A stretch of DNA of 63,168 bases, the filler included, from Octopus bimaculoides (taxonomy: Eukaryota), in assembly GCF_001194135.2 (NCBI RefSeq). It is 7 parts of 6 records of this genome, joined end to end, with 100 filler letters (N's around TTAATTAATTAA, not from the genome) between each part and the next. Parts side by side here need not be neighbours in the genome. Positions count along the whole stretch, not along the records: positions 41,933 to 55,527 come from NC_069006.1; positions 55,628 to 59,971 come from NC_068982.1; positions 60,072 to 63,168 come from NC_068982.1; 4 more parts are not named here. One strand, written 5' to 3'. The position numbers and the translations under genes were made by a program. Each line of letters opens with the position of its first letter. Within the stretch, counting starts at the first letter, position 1. Under the pieces are notes generated by a model. It was not told the origin of the DNA. It searched no databases and saw only the letters and a program-made list of their open reading frames with translations. Shown one piece after another: positions 50,851 to 63,168 of this stretch.

Positions 50851-51512
50851 ACGTTTCTTATTTCTTTACGTATGTGTGTGTATACGCACGTATTTATGTT
50901 TACATTGATACATACATACAGAGATCAATACATATATGCTTACGCATACATACTTTTATATATATCAGTATATATATATCAGTATATATATCATAAATAT
51001 ATAGGGATTAGCAGTAACCTGCTTCTCCAACATACTAAGAATTCAGAAATAGCAGCCAAAGAACTGCTATTTCTGAATTCTCAGTATGATACTGTCAATC
51101 TCTATATATTTATGATTATAAATGGTTTTTACCGATAAGGTTTTTTCATACTGAGCTACCCGGCAAAATTGTTAATTATTAATTTTATTACTAATTGAGG
51201 ATTCCCTGCCCTGTATATCTATCTATCTATATATATATGTAAGCATATAGTTACAATGACACAGGCACACACACACATACACACACATTCACATGGACAA
51301 ACACATTGTTGCACATAAATAGTGTGTGTCTATAGTCCTTCGAATTTTCACCAGCTTTGTTAAATACTGGAGGGCAAAGATGCGATCGGCGAAAGTCTGT
51401 ATTTCTGTCTTAATAAAACTTCCAGACTGTAACGTCTATATCAAGTTCTCTTTCTTAGTGAGCAGAGAGTGTTATCTGTTGTGTTTAATTTAGTTTTTAA
51501 AACATCACCAAT

Positions 51513-51681
51513 GCGTAGGAGTGGCTGTGTGGTAAGTAGCTTGCTTACGAACCACATGGTTCCGGGTTCAGTCCCACTGCGTGGCACCTTGGGCAAGTGT
51601 CTTCTACTATAGCCTCGGGCCGACCAAAGCCTTGTGAGTGGATTTGGTAGACGGAAGCTGAAACAAGCCCGTCGTATATAT

Positions 51682-51754
<73 letters not shown>

Positions 51755-51966
51755 TCGTGTGTCTGCGTTTGTCCACCCAACAACACTTGACAACCGATGC
51801 TGGTGTGTTTACGTCCCCCGTAACTTAGCGGTTCGGCAAAAGTGACCGATAGAATAAGTACTAGGCTTACAAAGAATAAGTCCTGGGTTCGGTTTGCTCG
51901 ACTAAAAAGGCGGTGCTCCAGCATGGCCGCAGTCAAGTGACTGAAACAAGTAAAAGAGTAAAAGAG
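51513..51966 (+). mobile_element. Complete octopus tRNA-derived SINE (family A) with internal (TA)/(TG) microsatellite
   Basis: A-box-like TGGCTGTGTGG, B-box-like GGTTCAGTCC, body, internal microsatellite and ...CAGCATGGCCGCAGTC..CTGAAAC end. Confidence 0.92.
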
Positions 51967-52092
51967 TATAGCTTGCAAAAACACGCGTATACACACATAT
52001 ATACACATACAGTCAAACATATGTCCACTCATAGAAACATCCCTTACACGTACATACATATGCACACATATACAAACACATGCACATACACC

Positions 52093-52135
<43 letters not shown>

Positions 52136-52281
52136 ATATATTCACACATACACATATCCCTCACTTGCGTACAAATTTGCCTACAAGTCCAAACGCACGT
52201 ACATAATCTCATGCACAAATACACACATCCATATATAGATGTGTATGTATGTAGGTATACATACCTACATATGTACATACA

Positions 52282-52339
<58 letters not shown>

Positions 52340-52379
52340 CGTGTGTGTATGCATATACGTAGGTCTATGTATGTCTGCA

Positions 52380-52429
52380 AGGATGTATGATATATGTATG
52401 TATATTTGTATGTATGTATATACATATGT

Positions 52430-52465
<36 letters not shown>

Positions 52466-52646
52466 ATATATATGTATGTATTTATATATATATATATATG
52501 TATACATATATGCACACGTGTATATACATATGTATATATATATATATATGTGTGTGTGTGTATATATATGTATGTATTTATATATATATATGTATACATA
52601 TATGCACACGTGTATATACATATGTATATATATATATATATGTATG

Positions 52647-52707
<61 letters not shown>

Positions 52708-52792
52708 ATATATATGTATGTATTTATATATATATATGTATACATATATGCACACGTGTATATACATATGTATATATATATATATATGTATG

Positions 52793-52830
<38 letters not shown>

Positions 52831-52837
52831 TGCACAC

Positions 52838-52870
<33 letters not shown>
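52380..52870. repeat. Higher-order (TA)-based minisatellite with recurring TACATATATGCACACGTGTATATA unit
   Basis: The unit recurs four times, near 52500, 52590, 52740 and 52825. Confidence 0.9.
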
Positions 52871-52872
<2 letters not shown>

Positions 52873-53812
52873 TATATGGTGTCAGGGATGTCAGCGTCAG
52901 TGTGATGTCTGGAATATCTCAGAATGGCCGGCCAATAGAGATTACAATGTTTATTGTTTCACTGTAATTGAGACGTAGATACGTTACTATGATGATTGCA
53001 CACAAACTGAAAAACTTGCCAACAAAACAAGAGTAATGTAGGATAGCGAAACCTCTCAGAGTCTATGAATGAGGTGGACGTAAACATGTATGGATTTAGC
53101 TAAGCAAATAGCTGTGTGAGTGTTTATGTTTGCATGTGTGCGTGTGCGTGTCTTCACTTGGGTATGTAAAAATGTAGATGCATGCATGCATTTTCATACG
53201 TACATACATACATACATAGACACATGCATACATATATACCTACATCCATACATACAATCATACTTATGTATATCATCTATCTGTCTGCCTATCTATCTCT
53301 CTATCTCTCTACCTACCTACCTACCTACCTATCTATCTATCTGTCTGCCTATTTATCTATCTATCTATCTATTTATCTATATATCTATCTATCTGTCTGT
53401 CTGTCTCACAGTCTATCTGTCTGTCTGTCTCTCTCTCTCTCTGTCTGTCTGCCTGCCTGCCTGCATGTTTGTCTGTCTATATGTCTATATGTCCGTCCGT
53501 CCGTCTGTCTGTCATTCTGTCTGTCAGTCTGCGTATATAAGGGTCCATTCATATACATACGTACGTAACTCGTATACATCATTTATCTTCTCTTTTACTT
53601 GTTCCACCATTTGCACTGCGGCCATGCCGCGGCTCACCTTTAGAGTGTTTAGTCGAACAAAAGAGAGATCAGTACGTATCTTGTAAGTCTGGTACTACTT
53701 AATCTATCGGTCTCTTGTGCCGAACCACTACGTTACAGAGATGTAAACAAACCAATACCGACATCTAAATATTCATGGTCGACGCTGGTGGAGTTCCATA
53801 CGAATATGAGCC

Positions 53813-53852
<40 letters not shown>

Positions 53853-53865
53853 CTTGCATATATAG

Positions 53866-54115
53866 GTACAGGACGTAACCAACAGTCTAAATAACATGAA
53901 GTACGGAAACAAGATGAAAAAATGGAGAACAGGACAAGTAAACATAGAGAAAGGACTCTTCATCAGTTGTCGGCTGTCTATCTACTCCTCATTTCAAGTA
54001 TTCAACAGTTTCGCTGGTCCCTAAATGAAGACCGACTTCTTCAGGCTCCTGAAGGAGTCAGGCTCCCGTTAAGGGCATGTGAAACTTGAATTGGCACGGA
54101 AACGAAACAAAGTGT
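53866..54115. repeat. Dispersed repeat with an inverted partial copy at 13775-13875
   Basis: GGTACAGGAC...CTTCATCAG matches the reverse complement of 13775-13875. Confidence 0.75.
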
Positions 54116-54189
54116 TTCAAATAATACATATAACTCCTATTAAATGTGTTGAGTACTCTTTCTTTTTTGGTTAGCATTCTCACTCCTAC

Positions 54190-54228
<39 letters not shown>

Positions 54229-54708
54229 ACTCTGTCTCTCTGTCTATCTATCTATCTATTTATCTATGCATGCACGTGTGTATTTGAGCACGTTACGCCT
54301 CTTATCGCATGCGAATTCTTCGTTTATTGAAGTAGCTGATTTCTTACAAAGCAACAAACTCCATCGCTGGAATTTAGATAACAACAGCGGTGAAGTGTCA
54401 CAGGCTAAACTTTAGAATATTCTTCCATTGTTTTAGTCAACAGCTGACAGATTGTATTTGCAATATGCGTGTTTCCTTTGTCCGAAAACCGCAGCTTTTT
54501 CAAGATCATTACTTAGATATTGAGCGAGACTGTGAGCAAGTAATTAGAGGCACAAAAGCTAAATTATCATTAAGACATGTATGTATGTATGGAAGGTATG
54601 TATGTATGTGTGTGTGTGTATGTATACATGTATATCTGCATCTTTGTATGAATGATTGCACGTCTGCATATACGTCCGTATCTGTATGTCCAAACACGCA
54701 CACGCAAG

Positions 54709-54741
<33 letters not shown>

Positions 54742-54742
<1 letters not shown>

Positions 54743-55082
54743 GGCGTACGAGTGGCTCTGTGGTAAGTAGCTTACTTACCCACCACATGGTTCCGGATTC
54801 AGTACAACTGCGTGGCACCTTAGGAAAATGTCTGTTACTATAGCCTGGGGCTGACCAAAACCTTGTGAGTGAATTTGGTAGACGGAAACTAAAAGAAGCC
54901 CGTCGTGTGTGCATGTGTGTGTGTATATATATATGTATGTATTTGTGTGTCCGTGTTTGTCCCTACCCACCATCGCTTGACAACCGGTTAGGCAAATGAG
55001 ACCGATAGAATAGGTACTAGGCTTACGAAGAATAAGTCCTGGGGTCGATCTGTTCGACTAAAGGCGGTGCTCCAGCATGGAG
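54742..55082 (+). mobile_element. Family A SINE copy
   Basis: Colinear with 51513-51966. Confidence 0.9.
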
Positions 55083-55317
55083 AATAAGAGAATATATATA
55101 TATAAATATAAAAGAATAAAAGAATATATATATGTATATATGCTTACGCGTGTGTGTGTGTGTGTGTATGTATACATATATATATAAATATATATATAAT
55201 ATATGCATATATATATATACACATGTATTTATATATATGTATATGTATATATATGCACACATATAAGTATGTATGTATATATGTATGTACGCATGGATGG
55301 ACAGACAGACAGATGCT

Positions 55318-55385
<68 letters not shown>

Positions 55386-55627
55386 TAGAAATTAGTGTAT
55401 GTTTATGTATCTGTTCCCGTGAGTAGGTATGTACCAGTGAGTGTATATTTACAATGATTGACCGTTGACTGAACACTATTCAATTTTTTTTCTCCGTGTT
55501 TTTCTCCTTGTCTCCGTATTCTTTCTGNNNNNNNNNNNNNNNNNNNNNNNNNNNNNNNNNNNNNNNNNNNNTTAATTAATTAANNNNNNNNNNNNNNNNN
55601 NNNNNNNNNNNNNNNNNNNNNNNNNNN

Positions 55628-56012
55628 TTTGGCATTGAAAGCTACACCAATGCCAGAACGGGACGACACTGCATAGTGCCAAAGATCCCAGCAATGCCAT
55701 CGCGCTTCAGGACCAGTTACTGCAACAGCTTGGGATTCAGGGGCCCACAGCTTTTTAATATTCTCCCAAAGAGCCTGAGGAATCTGCACAAAGTAGATGT
55801 AGGAGTTTTTAAATCAAAACTGGACCTCTTCCTATCGAGAGTCCCAGATGAACCTACTTCACGGCAGGAGGTGCAAATGAGGGTTGCTAAATCAAACTCC
55901 ATTCTTCACCAAGTGCCACGTATTGTAAGAGGGTCCCTGTAATAACAGTGTAGCAACACGGTGGTGCATCAGCATGGCCGCAGCTCTGAGCTGAAACTTA
56001 AAAAAAAAAAAA
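55628..56012 (+). mobile_element. CR1/L2-group LINE 3' end with UTR and A-rich tail
   Basis: GRHCIVPKIP...SLGFRGPQLFNILPKSLRNL...FKSKLDLFLSRVPDEP; tail GGTGGTGCATCAGCATGGCCGCAG...CTGAAAC(A)n. Confidence 0.85.
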
Positions 56013-56319
56013 ATATATATATAAATGTTAATGCAATAGAATCAATTGTTGGCTTTGTAAGGTGAGATCTACAATAAAGATGTAATTTTCTCTGTACGTA
56101 TTTTTTGTTGTCAAATACTCTGAATTTTTTAAAATTCTGTCAAAAGATATTTGGATTTACCTGTCATGTATGAGGATTTACCTGATATCTGTATTCTACT
56201 TACATTTACTGGTGTCTAAATGTTGAATATTGTTAATCAAATTCTTTCAATACTGAATGCTTTATTGATATCTGCCAGGGTTTTTCATTCCCTTTTTCCC
56301 TGTTATACATAAATCATCA

Positions 56320-56772
56320 TCATCATAATCACCATCATCATTGTCATTATTTAACATCCTCCCTCCATGCTGGCATGGGTTAGATGATTTGATAGGAGCT
56401 GGCCAAGCAGGAGCCTGCGCCATGCTTCTGTGTCTGTTATGGCATGGTTTTCTTATAGCTGGATGTTGTCCTTCCTAACATCAACCACTGTATAGAGTCA
56501 GCCGAGTGCTTTTTGTGTGGCACTCACACAGATGAGGTCAGTTTTGATGAGGTTTTTTACCGCCGGATGCCCTTCCAAATGCCAACCACTTTACAGTGTG
56601 GATTGGGTGCTTTTAAAGTGAAACCTGCACTGGTGGAGTCAGCAAGTGACTTTGGAAAACAAAGTGTATATTTGAGAGAGGAGGGAACAGTAGAGGAGGT
56701 GATTTTGTGTCAGATGATGAAAGATTAGAGTGAGACAGAAGCAGAAGTTTTGCTTTGGAAGAGTTTCCTGGT

Positions 56773-56823
<51 letters not shown>

Positions 56824-57019
56824 TGTGTGTGTGTTAATAAGAATGAGGGCAGAAACAGTTACCTAGAGAGAGTAGGAGTTAACAAGAAAGAGGTGTGCTG
56901 CTGTAAAGGAGATACATGGTTACATAGCCAGAGGTAAAAGCAAGTGACCAAGAATGAAGGCAGAAACAGTTTGCTGCTGCAGAGGAGATACATGATTATT
57001 CAACCAGAGGAGAGAGCAA

Positions 57020-57068
<49 letters not shown>

Positions 57069-58190
57069 AGACAGCAAGAGCAGTAAGTGCCAGGATATAC
57101 TTGCAATGAATGAGGACTAGGGCATAGATGAGATGGTAGAGCAAGGAAGAGAGAAATGAATGGTGGTAGGTGCTGGTAGGGTATCGCCAAGAAGTCATGA
57201 GTGGGGGTGGGGGATGCAGTGACTGGTGAGAACCTTGGGTATATAGAGGGGGAGGGGACGTAGGAAGCAATGATACAGTGAGCAAGTTAGTGAGGACTAG
57301 ATTGGTGAATGCTGTGATTAATGAGAATTTGGGTATGTGGAGGGGGACGGGGGAAGCAATGATACAGTGAGCAGAGTAGCAGGACTGGATTGGGGAGTGG
57401 AGTGGAAAGTAGTTATAGTGAATGAAAAGGAAATGTGAGGAAGAGAAGAAAAACAGTTTGGGAAGGGGGAGGGGGTATAGTTTCGTTTGTTGGTGTAGAG
57501 AGTGTGAAAGTTTTATTGTTACATGGGTGGGAGACAACACTCCTAGAACTCATGTTTGCTGACATGAGCAAGTCTTCTCTAGAACCTCATATCGCTGGAC
57601 ATCTAGGTCTAGTGTCATTTTCTCTGTGAGTCCCAACATCCTGAGATCAGTCCTCACCATTTCATCCCATGTTTTCCTGGGACTCGCTCTTCCACAGGTG
57701 CCATCCGATGTCAGTGACTGGCACTTCTTTATACAACTGTCTACATTCATACACATCACATGTCTAAACCAACGTAGTCTCCTCTCTTGCATGCTGCATT
57801 TGATTCCTCTCACATCCAAATTTTCTCTCTACACAGTTGTGCTTTGTAGTTCATGCACATTGATGCTGCACATCCAGTGGAGCATACTGCCTTCATTTAT
57901 CTCTAGTCTACATATGTCCTCTGCATTCAAAACCCACTACAATGGAGTATAGCTGTTTATACACAAGCATCATACAATCTACTTTTCACTCCGAGAGAGA
58001 GTCCTTTGTTGCCAACAGAGGTAGTAGCTCTCTGAACTTTCTCCATTCAATTCATATTCTAAAAACAATACTTTCAAAGCATCCACCCCCATTGCTAATT
58101 TGGTCACCTAGCTCACAGAAACTATCTGCTACCTCAAGAGAACCTTCTGGGCATTTGAGAGAGTCCAAGTCTTGTGTGCTCTTAGTGATA
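56320..58190 (-). mobile_element. RTE-clade LINE 3' portion with long 3' UTR and (GAT)n tail
   Basis: QERRLRWFRHVMCM...GRASPRKTW; the UTR ends in the CATGCTGGCATGG-type terminus and (CAT)n on the + strand. Confidence 0.85.
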
Positions 58191-59059
58191 TATNNNNNNN
58201 NNNNNNNNNNNNNNNNNNNNNNNNNNNNNNNNNNNNNNNNNNNNNNNNNNNNNNNNNNNNNNNNNNNNNNNNNNNNNNNNNNNNNNNNNNNNNNNNNNNN
58301 NNNNNNNNNNNNNNNNNNNNNNNNNNNNNNNNNNNNNNNNNNNNNNNNNNNNNNNNNNNNNNNNNNNNNNNNNNNNNNNNNNNNNNNNNNNNNNNNNNNN
58401 NNNNNNNNNNNNNNNNNNNNNNNNNNNNNNNNNNNNNNNNNNNNNNNNNNNNNNNNNNNNNNNNNNNNNNNNNNNNNNNNNNNATGAGAGCTTTGACGCT
58501 AATATCCATTACCATTGAAATTTATTCCTATGTCAACATTTCTGTATAAGGTTATATTTAATTGTTAAATTCAAGTTAAATAAATAAATTACCTTACACA
58601 TTTTCAGGGTAAAAGGTAAATAGCAAAAAGTAAACACCAAAAACATTGTCTCTAAGTCTGGTTCATATTCAAATTTCTCCTTAAATAAAGGTCTGTCAAA
58701 GGGAGAAAACCCCTCATAATATTATTAATTATAAACAATCACATATTACAAATATTGATTCCTGGTAATAACTTCTAAATCAATGGAAATCTATATTATA
58801 TTATCTCTAGAAACTTTAGCAAATAACCACAAATACTTAGAAATATATTATTTCTAACAAATACAATTGCTATATTCTATAATTCGGCATTAAATAGGGC
58901 AGGATACAAAGAGAAGGTTTACTATGTTGAACCTGATCGTAACAACATTAAGACAGATAAGAATAATAGGTATAAGAATAAGCTAAGACGAAATAAGGAA
59001 AATAAACCCAGAGATATTCATAAACGTAACATAGGTAATTTAAAATTTTTTAAGAATTA

Positions 59060-59805
59060 TACTAGTGACTGTGATAACACTAAAGATGATAATATATGGT
59101 TCATAGTCCCCTTTGGTAGAAATGTTAAATCTAATTTGACTGCACAGTTTAGAGAGGTGATAAGCAGATATTTCCCAAAGAATTCACACTATGGTAAAGT
59201 TATTAATACACATAGCATTAGGTTTGGTTTCTCAAACACTATGAGCTTAGCCCAAATAATTGCAGCTCATAATTTTAAAATACTTAAATCAAAAGGAATT
59301 GGGGAGGATAGCGATGTGAACCCTGATATAAATAATAATAATAATAATAATAATAATAGTAATAATAATCGTAATATGATTACAGTAACAGAGGTTAACC
59401 CCAGAAGATTGAAGTTTGAAGGCCCAAATGTGAGAGTGAGAAATGTAGTTTATCAATGTAAGGTAAGGACTGACAGATGTTAGCCTATACTTGGGGTGTT
59501 CTTCGGGACAAATCTGTAAAAGATTATCTAATCATTATAGTACCTTTAGAGATAGAGATAAAATAGCAAGTACTAGTCTTAATAAATTCATTTGGGAACT
59601 GAAGGAACAAAAAAAGCAATATTCATTAGAATGGTCAATTATTGGGAAATTTTTCCCTTATGACAAAGGTAAGAGATATTGCTCGCTGTGTAATCTAGAA
59701 TTATATTTTATATTATTCTCTAAGGGTAAGTTGATAAATAAACTCACATATAATGCTTTCAGATGTACCCATTATCCGAGGCACACATTTCTCTGGTTTA
59801 AATGA
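59060..59805 (+). mobile_element. Penelope-like element fragment (RT thumb plus GIY-YIG)
   Basis: RYFPKNSHYGKVINTHSIRFGFS..IIAAHNFKIL; VVYQC; LSNHYSTFR; IWELK...WSII...CSLCNLE. Confidence 0.88.
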
Positions 59806-60071
59806 GTTATAATTTTCAGTATGATTGGGTATTATAGTATATTATAGTATAATAGTAGGTCTTAAGGCAGGCCATATCAATGTATAATTTACCAAGAGCA
59901 ATTGTATTTGTATTTGTGGTTATTTGCTGAAGTTTCTAGAGATAATATAATATAGATTTCCATTGATTTAGNNNNNNNNNNNNNNNNNNNNNNNNNNNNN
60001 NNNNNNNNNNNNNNNTTAATTAATTAANNNNNNNNNNNNNNNNNNNNNNNNNNNNNNNNNNNNNNNNNNNN

Positions 60072-60640
60072 ATGAAAAGATTCTCCTTGTTGATTCTTTC
60101 TTGTGTGGAGATTCTGTCTTTACATTGATAGAAAGGGAATATAAGGAATTTAGGGTTTTTGTTTCTGGCGCAAGAGTCTATGTGGCCATTGGGTGGAATT
60201 TGGTGGTATTGAGGGAGATTTATTTGTTCTTTATGGACTGCTACTCTTCTACGCAACGGGAGGCTCGACTGTCCGATATAGAAGTGTTGGCAACCTGCAC
60301 ATGTGAGGACATAAATGAGGTTCCCAGAGGAACAAGAGAAATCGGTTTTGATTTTAAACTTTGTTCCTCGTTTGAAGGTAAATTCAGAGCCTTCAAGTAG
60401 GTAGGGGCAGGTACCACAATTAGGGCGTGCACATTTTTTAACTGCTGGGGGTCGAAGTGGTGTATGTAGTTTAGCATTGGTTAAGAGTTTTTTCAAAGAT
60501 TTCTGTTGCCTTTTGCATTTAAGGACTTTGTGTGTATTGATGATATTGTTCATTTTCGGGTCTGTGGTGAGTAAGGGGAGGTTTTGTTTGATTGTGGTGT
60601 ATGCTTCGATGTTTGCAAAAGACAACAGAAATCTTTGAAA
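60072..60640 (-). mobile_element. Penelope-like GIY-YIG endonuclease of a different (Neptune-like) lineage
   Basis: CARPNCGTC linker, FSCSSGNLIYVLTCAGC..FYIGQS, RRRVAVH...H; open until the gap. Confidence 0.88.
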
Positions 60641-61399
60641 AAACTCTTAACTCTTATGTATGAATGTTTGTATGCAAGACTTGTTGAGGCAAGTGAAATC
60701 GAAATCGAACTAAATTTGTAGACTCGCACCCATGCCAACGTCTCTTCATTGAACACTAACCTCGGCTTGCGAAGACCTGTTGGGGCAAGCAAAAGCAAAT
60801 TCGTGATGGCACCTGTACCAGTAGATCACTAAGAGCACCGTCCGAGCGTGATCGTTGCCAGATCACCAGCTGTCTGGCTTCCGTGCTGGTGGCACGTAAA
60901 AGCACCCACTACACTCTCGGAGTGGGTGGCGATAGGAAGGGCATCCAGCTGTAGAAACTCTGCCAAATCAGATTGGAGCCTGGTGTAGCCATCTGGTTCA
61001 CCAGTCCTCAGTCAAATCGTCCAACCCATGCTAGCATGGAAAGCAGACGTTAATATATATATATATANNNNNNNNNNNNNNNNNNNNNNNNNNNNNNNNN
61101 NNNNNNNNNNNNNNNNNNNNNNNNNNNNNNNNNNNNNNNNNNNNNNNNNNNNNNNNNNNNNNNNNNNNNNNNNNNNNNNNNNNNNNNNNNNNNNNNNNNN
61201 NNNNNNNNNNNNNNNNNNNNNNNNNNNNNNNNNNNNNNNNNNNNNNNNNNNNNNNNNNNNNNNNNNNNNNNNNNNNNNNNNNATTTTAACCAACAAATAG
61301 AATGCAGTAGTATTGATGTTGAGAGTTTAATTGAAGTAGATGATGGGCTCAACTCCAATGAAAATAATGGAAATCAGGGACCTAGTTCATATAATATTA

Positions 61400-62007
61400 A
61401 TATGCCTAATGCGGGAGGAATAATTCTAACTGATAGCACATCAAGAAATAATGATGGAAATGATCAAAATATACCTAATAGTAGAATTGATGAAGGGATA
61501 AATAATATTAGTGTAAATAATTGTAATAATAATAATAGAGATATTAGTAATAATATAAGTGTGGTTGATAGCTCCACTAGGTGCAACTTCAGAAATAAGT
61601 CCCATTGTCCGTTATTAGGCAGATGTTGCACCGGTAACGTAGTGTACAAATGCATTATAAGTACGATAACCGAGAATTATATTTACGTAGAATGTAGCAT
61701 TAATCTGAAACGGAGAATATATAACCATAGGTCTTCTCTTAGACTAAGACATAAGGCAAATAGTATGACATTAGCAAATAAAATTTGAGAGTTAAAAGAT
61801 AATGGTATTAGTTTTAGCCTTAAATGGGAAATTATAAGAAAAGCTCAACCTTATAGAAATAGTAGATATGGATGTGAATTATGTTCTATGGAAATATATG
61901 AAATTTTTAAACTTAGAAATAATCCTAACTTAATCAATAATAGATTATACCTTAGAGTATCGTGTGTACACTGCTCTACTCGCACTTTTAAATTTTTTAA
62001 AAAGTAG
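61400..62007 (+). mobile_element. Penelope-like GIY-YIG fragment with Asn-rich linker
   Basis: CNFRNKSHCPLLGRC..VVYKC...YIY..C..LKRRIYNHRSS; one TGA at the W of IWELK; WEII; CELC. Confidence 0.88.
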
Positions 62008-62869
62008 TTAAAATTATCAAAATATGGTATTTCAACTTCTATCATGTTCATCTTGGGCTACTAATTAGCACATATTTTTAATTGGAAATTGAATCTTTAT
62101 AACATATATTTCTGATCTCTCACCTTAACATATACAATCTTCTTGTGATAACTAAGATTTCAACTTTATTCCATGAAAGGTATTTTTTCACACTACTTCT
62201 GCTACTGCTGTTTAGTTCTTAATATGTATCTTAACCCCAGGTAGCTTATAAGAATAGGAAGTTTTATAAATTCTTAATGTTTTTAATTAGTTCCCAGAAT
62301 TTAAATTTTATTTATTTTATTTTATTTAATGCTTGACTCTAAAAGGATCCTTATTATTATTACATTATTTCAGGGCTTGTAGTGGTAGTGTCATGTTTAT
62401 TCTATATTTTGACATAAATAAATCTAATCCTTATTCCATTAATAATCTGTAATTAGCCCATGTTAGTCTTAAAACATTTCATGACTATATAAGATAGTAT
62501 AATTAAACTAGTAATCAATTATCATATTTTTATATTGGATGTCCTTGTTAATTCCTACTATTCTTTTTTTTTGTCCCTTAAACATTAATAAACCCATTAT
62601 TATAAACTATATAGATCCTATACTAATTCTTTAAATTATAAAAATAAAGCTTACCTTTTATGTATCTTTAAAATAGTATTATTATATATATTAGCTTAAA
62701 TTTTTTTAATAATTTTTTTAAATAATTCAAAATAGTTTTCTAAGCCCAATATATATAATATTCTTAAACTTTACACCTCATCTATAGCCTTTGAATTCAC
62801 ATTTGACACTACTTCAAGGATTTTGTATAAACTGATTACATTTTTATTATTAACGTGTAATGTCAATGT

Positions 62870-63168
62870 GAATACCCGTCAGAGTGTAAGTATCTTGAGA
62901 GAAAAGCTGAACATTAGAAGCATCAGTTGTGGTGTGCAAGAGAGACGATTGCGCTGGTATGGACATGTGGTGAGAATGGATGAGGATAGCTGCGTGAAAA
63001 AGTGCCACACCCTAACAGTTGAGGGAACCCGTGGAAGAGGTAGGCCCAGGAAGACCTGGGCTGAGGTGGTGAGGCAAGACCTTCGTACATTGGGCCTCAC
63101 CGAGGCGATGACTACTGACCGAGACCTTTGGAAATGTGCTGTGCGTGAGAAGACCCGGCAAGCCAAGT
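62870..63168 (+). mobile_element. RTE-clade LINE, 5'-truncated ORF end
   Basis: LREKLNIRSISCGVQERRLRWYGHVVRM...GRGRPRKTW...DRDLWKCAVREKTRQAK; open to the window end. Confidence 0.92.

Noticed and set aside
51607-52978. Long ORFs of 170-406 aa rich in Y/I/H/T/C/V
   Set aside because: Translations of (TA)n, (CA)n and (TG)n tracts; the same applies to poly-I, poly-N, poly-T and X-filled ORFs elsewhere.
61787-61789. In-frame TGA in the Penelope-like endonuclease as selenocysteine
   Set aside because: It falls at the conserved Trp of IWELK, not at a Cys, so a TGG-to-TGA mutation is the simpler reading; no SECIS identified.
62010-62870. AT-rich stretch as a decayed minus-strand reverse transcriptase
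   Set aside because: Only isolated two- to four-residue resemblances (for example YLGL); not enough to call.

Overview
AT-rich, microsatellite- and retroelement-saturated animal nuclear DNA. The repeat families point to an octopus draft assembly (inferred from repeat content, not from a search). The window is seven blocks joined by artificial N-TTAATTAATTAA-N spacers, so adjacency across spacers is unproven; one block starts with Illumina adapter sequence. Most long ORFs in the supplied track are microsatellite or N-gap artefacts. The best-supported host gene is a + strand gene with four coding exons (46059-48240) that splice in frame into a 168-aa protein I do not recognise. Its introns hold a near-perfect 49-bp hairpin, a candidate type I hammerhead ribozyme and a decayed mariner. 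Mobile DNA includes a full-length DD36E Tc1-like element, a DD34D mariner, hAT remnants, R4/Dong-like LINEs in (TAA)n tracts, RTE and CR1/L2-group LINE ends, four Penelope-like GIY-YIG fragments, several tRNA-derived SINE families and several foldback elements. Other signals are a mitochondrial-type LSU rRNA domain V-like segment (about 5745-5865), a CpG-depleted block (20354-31212) with a duplicated exon-like unit, and one SINE head joined to two different LINE tails.
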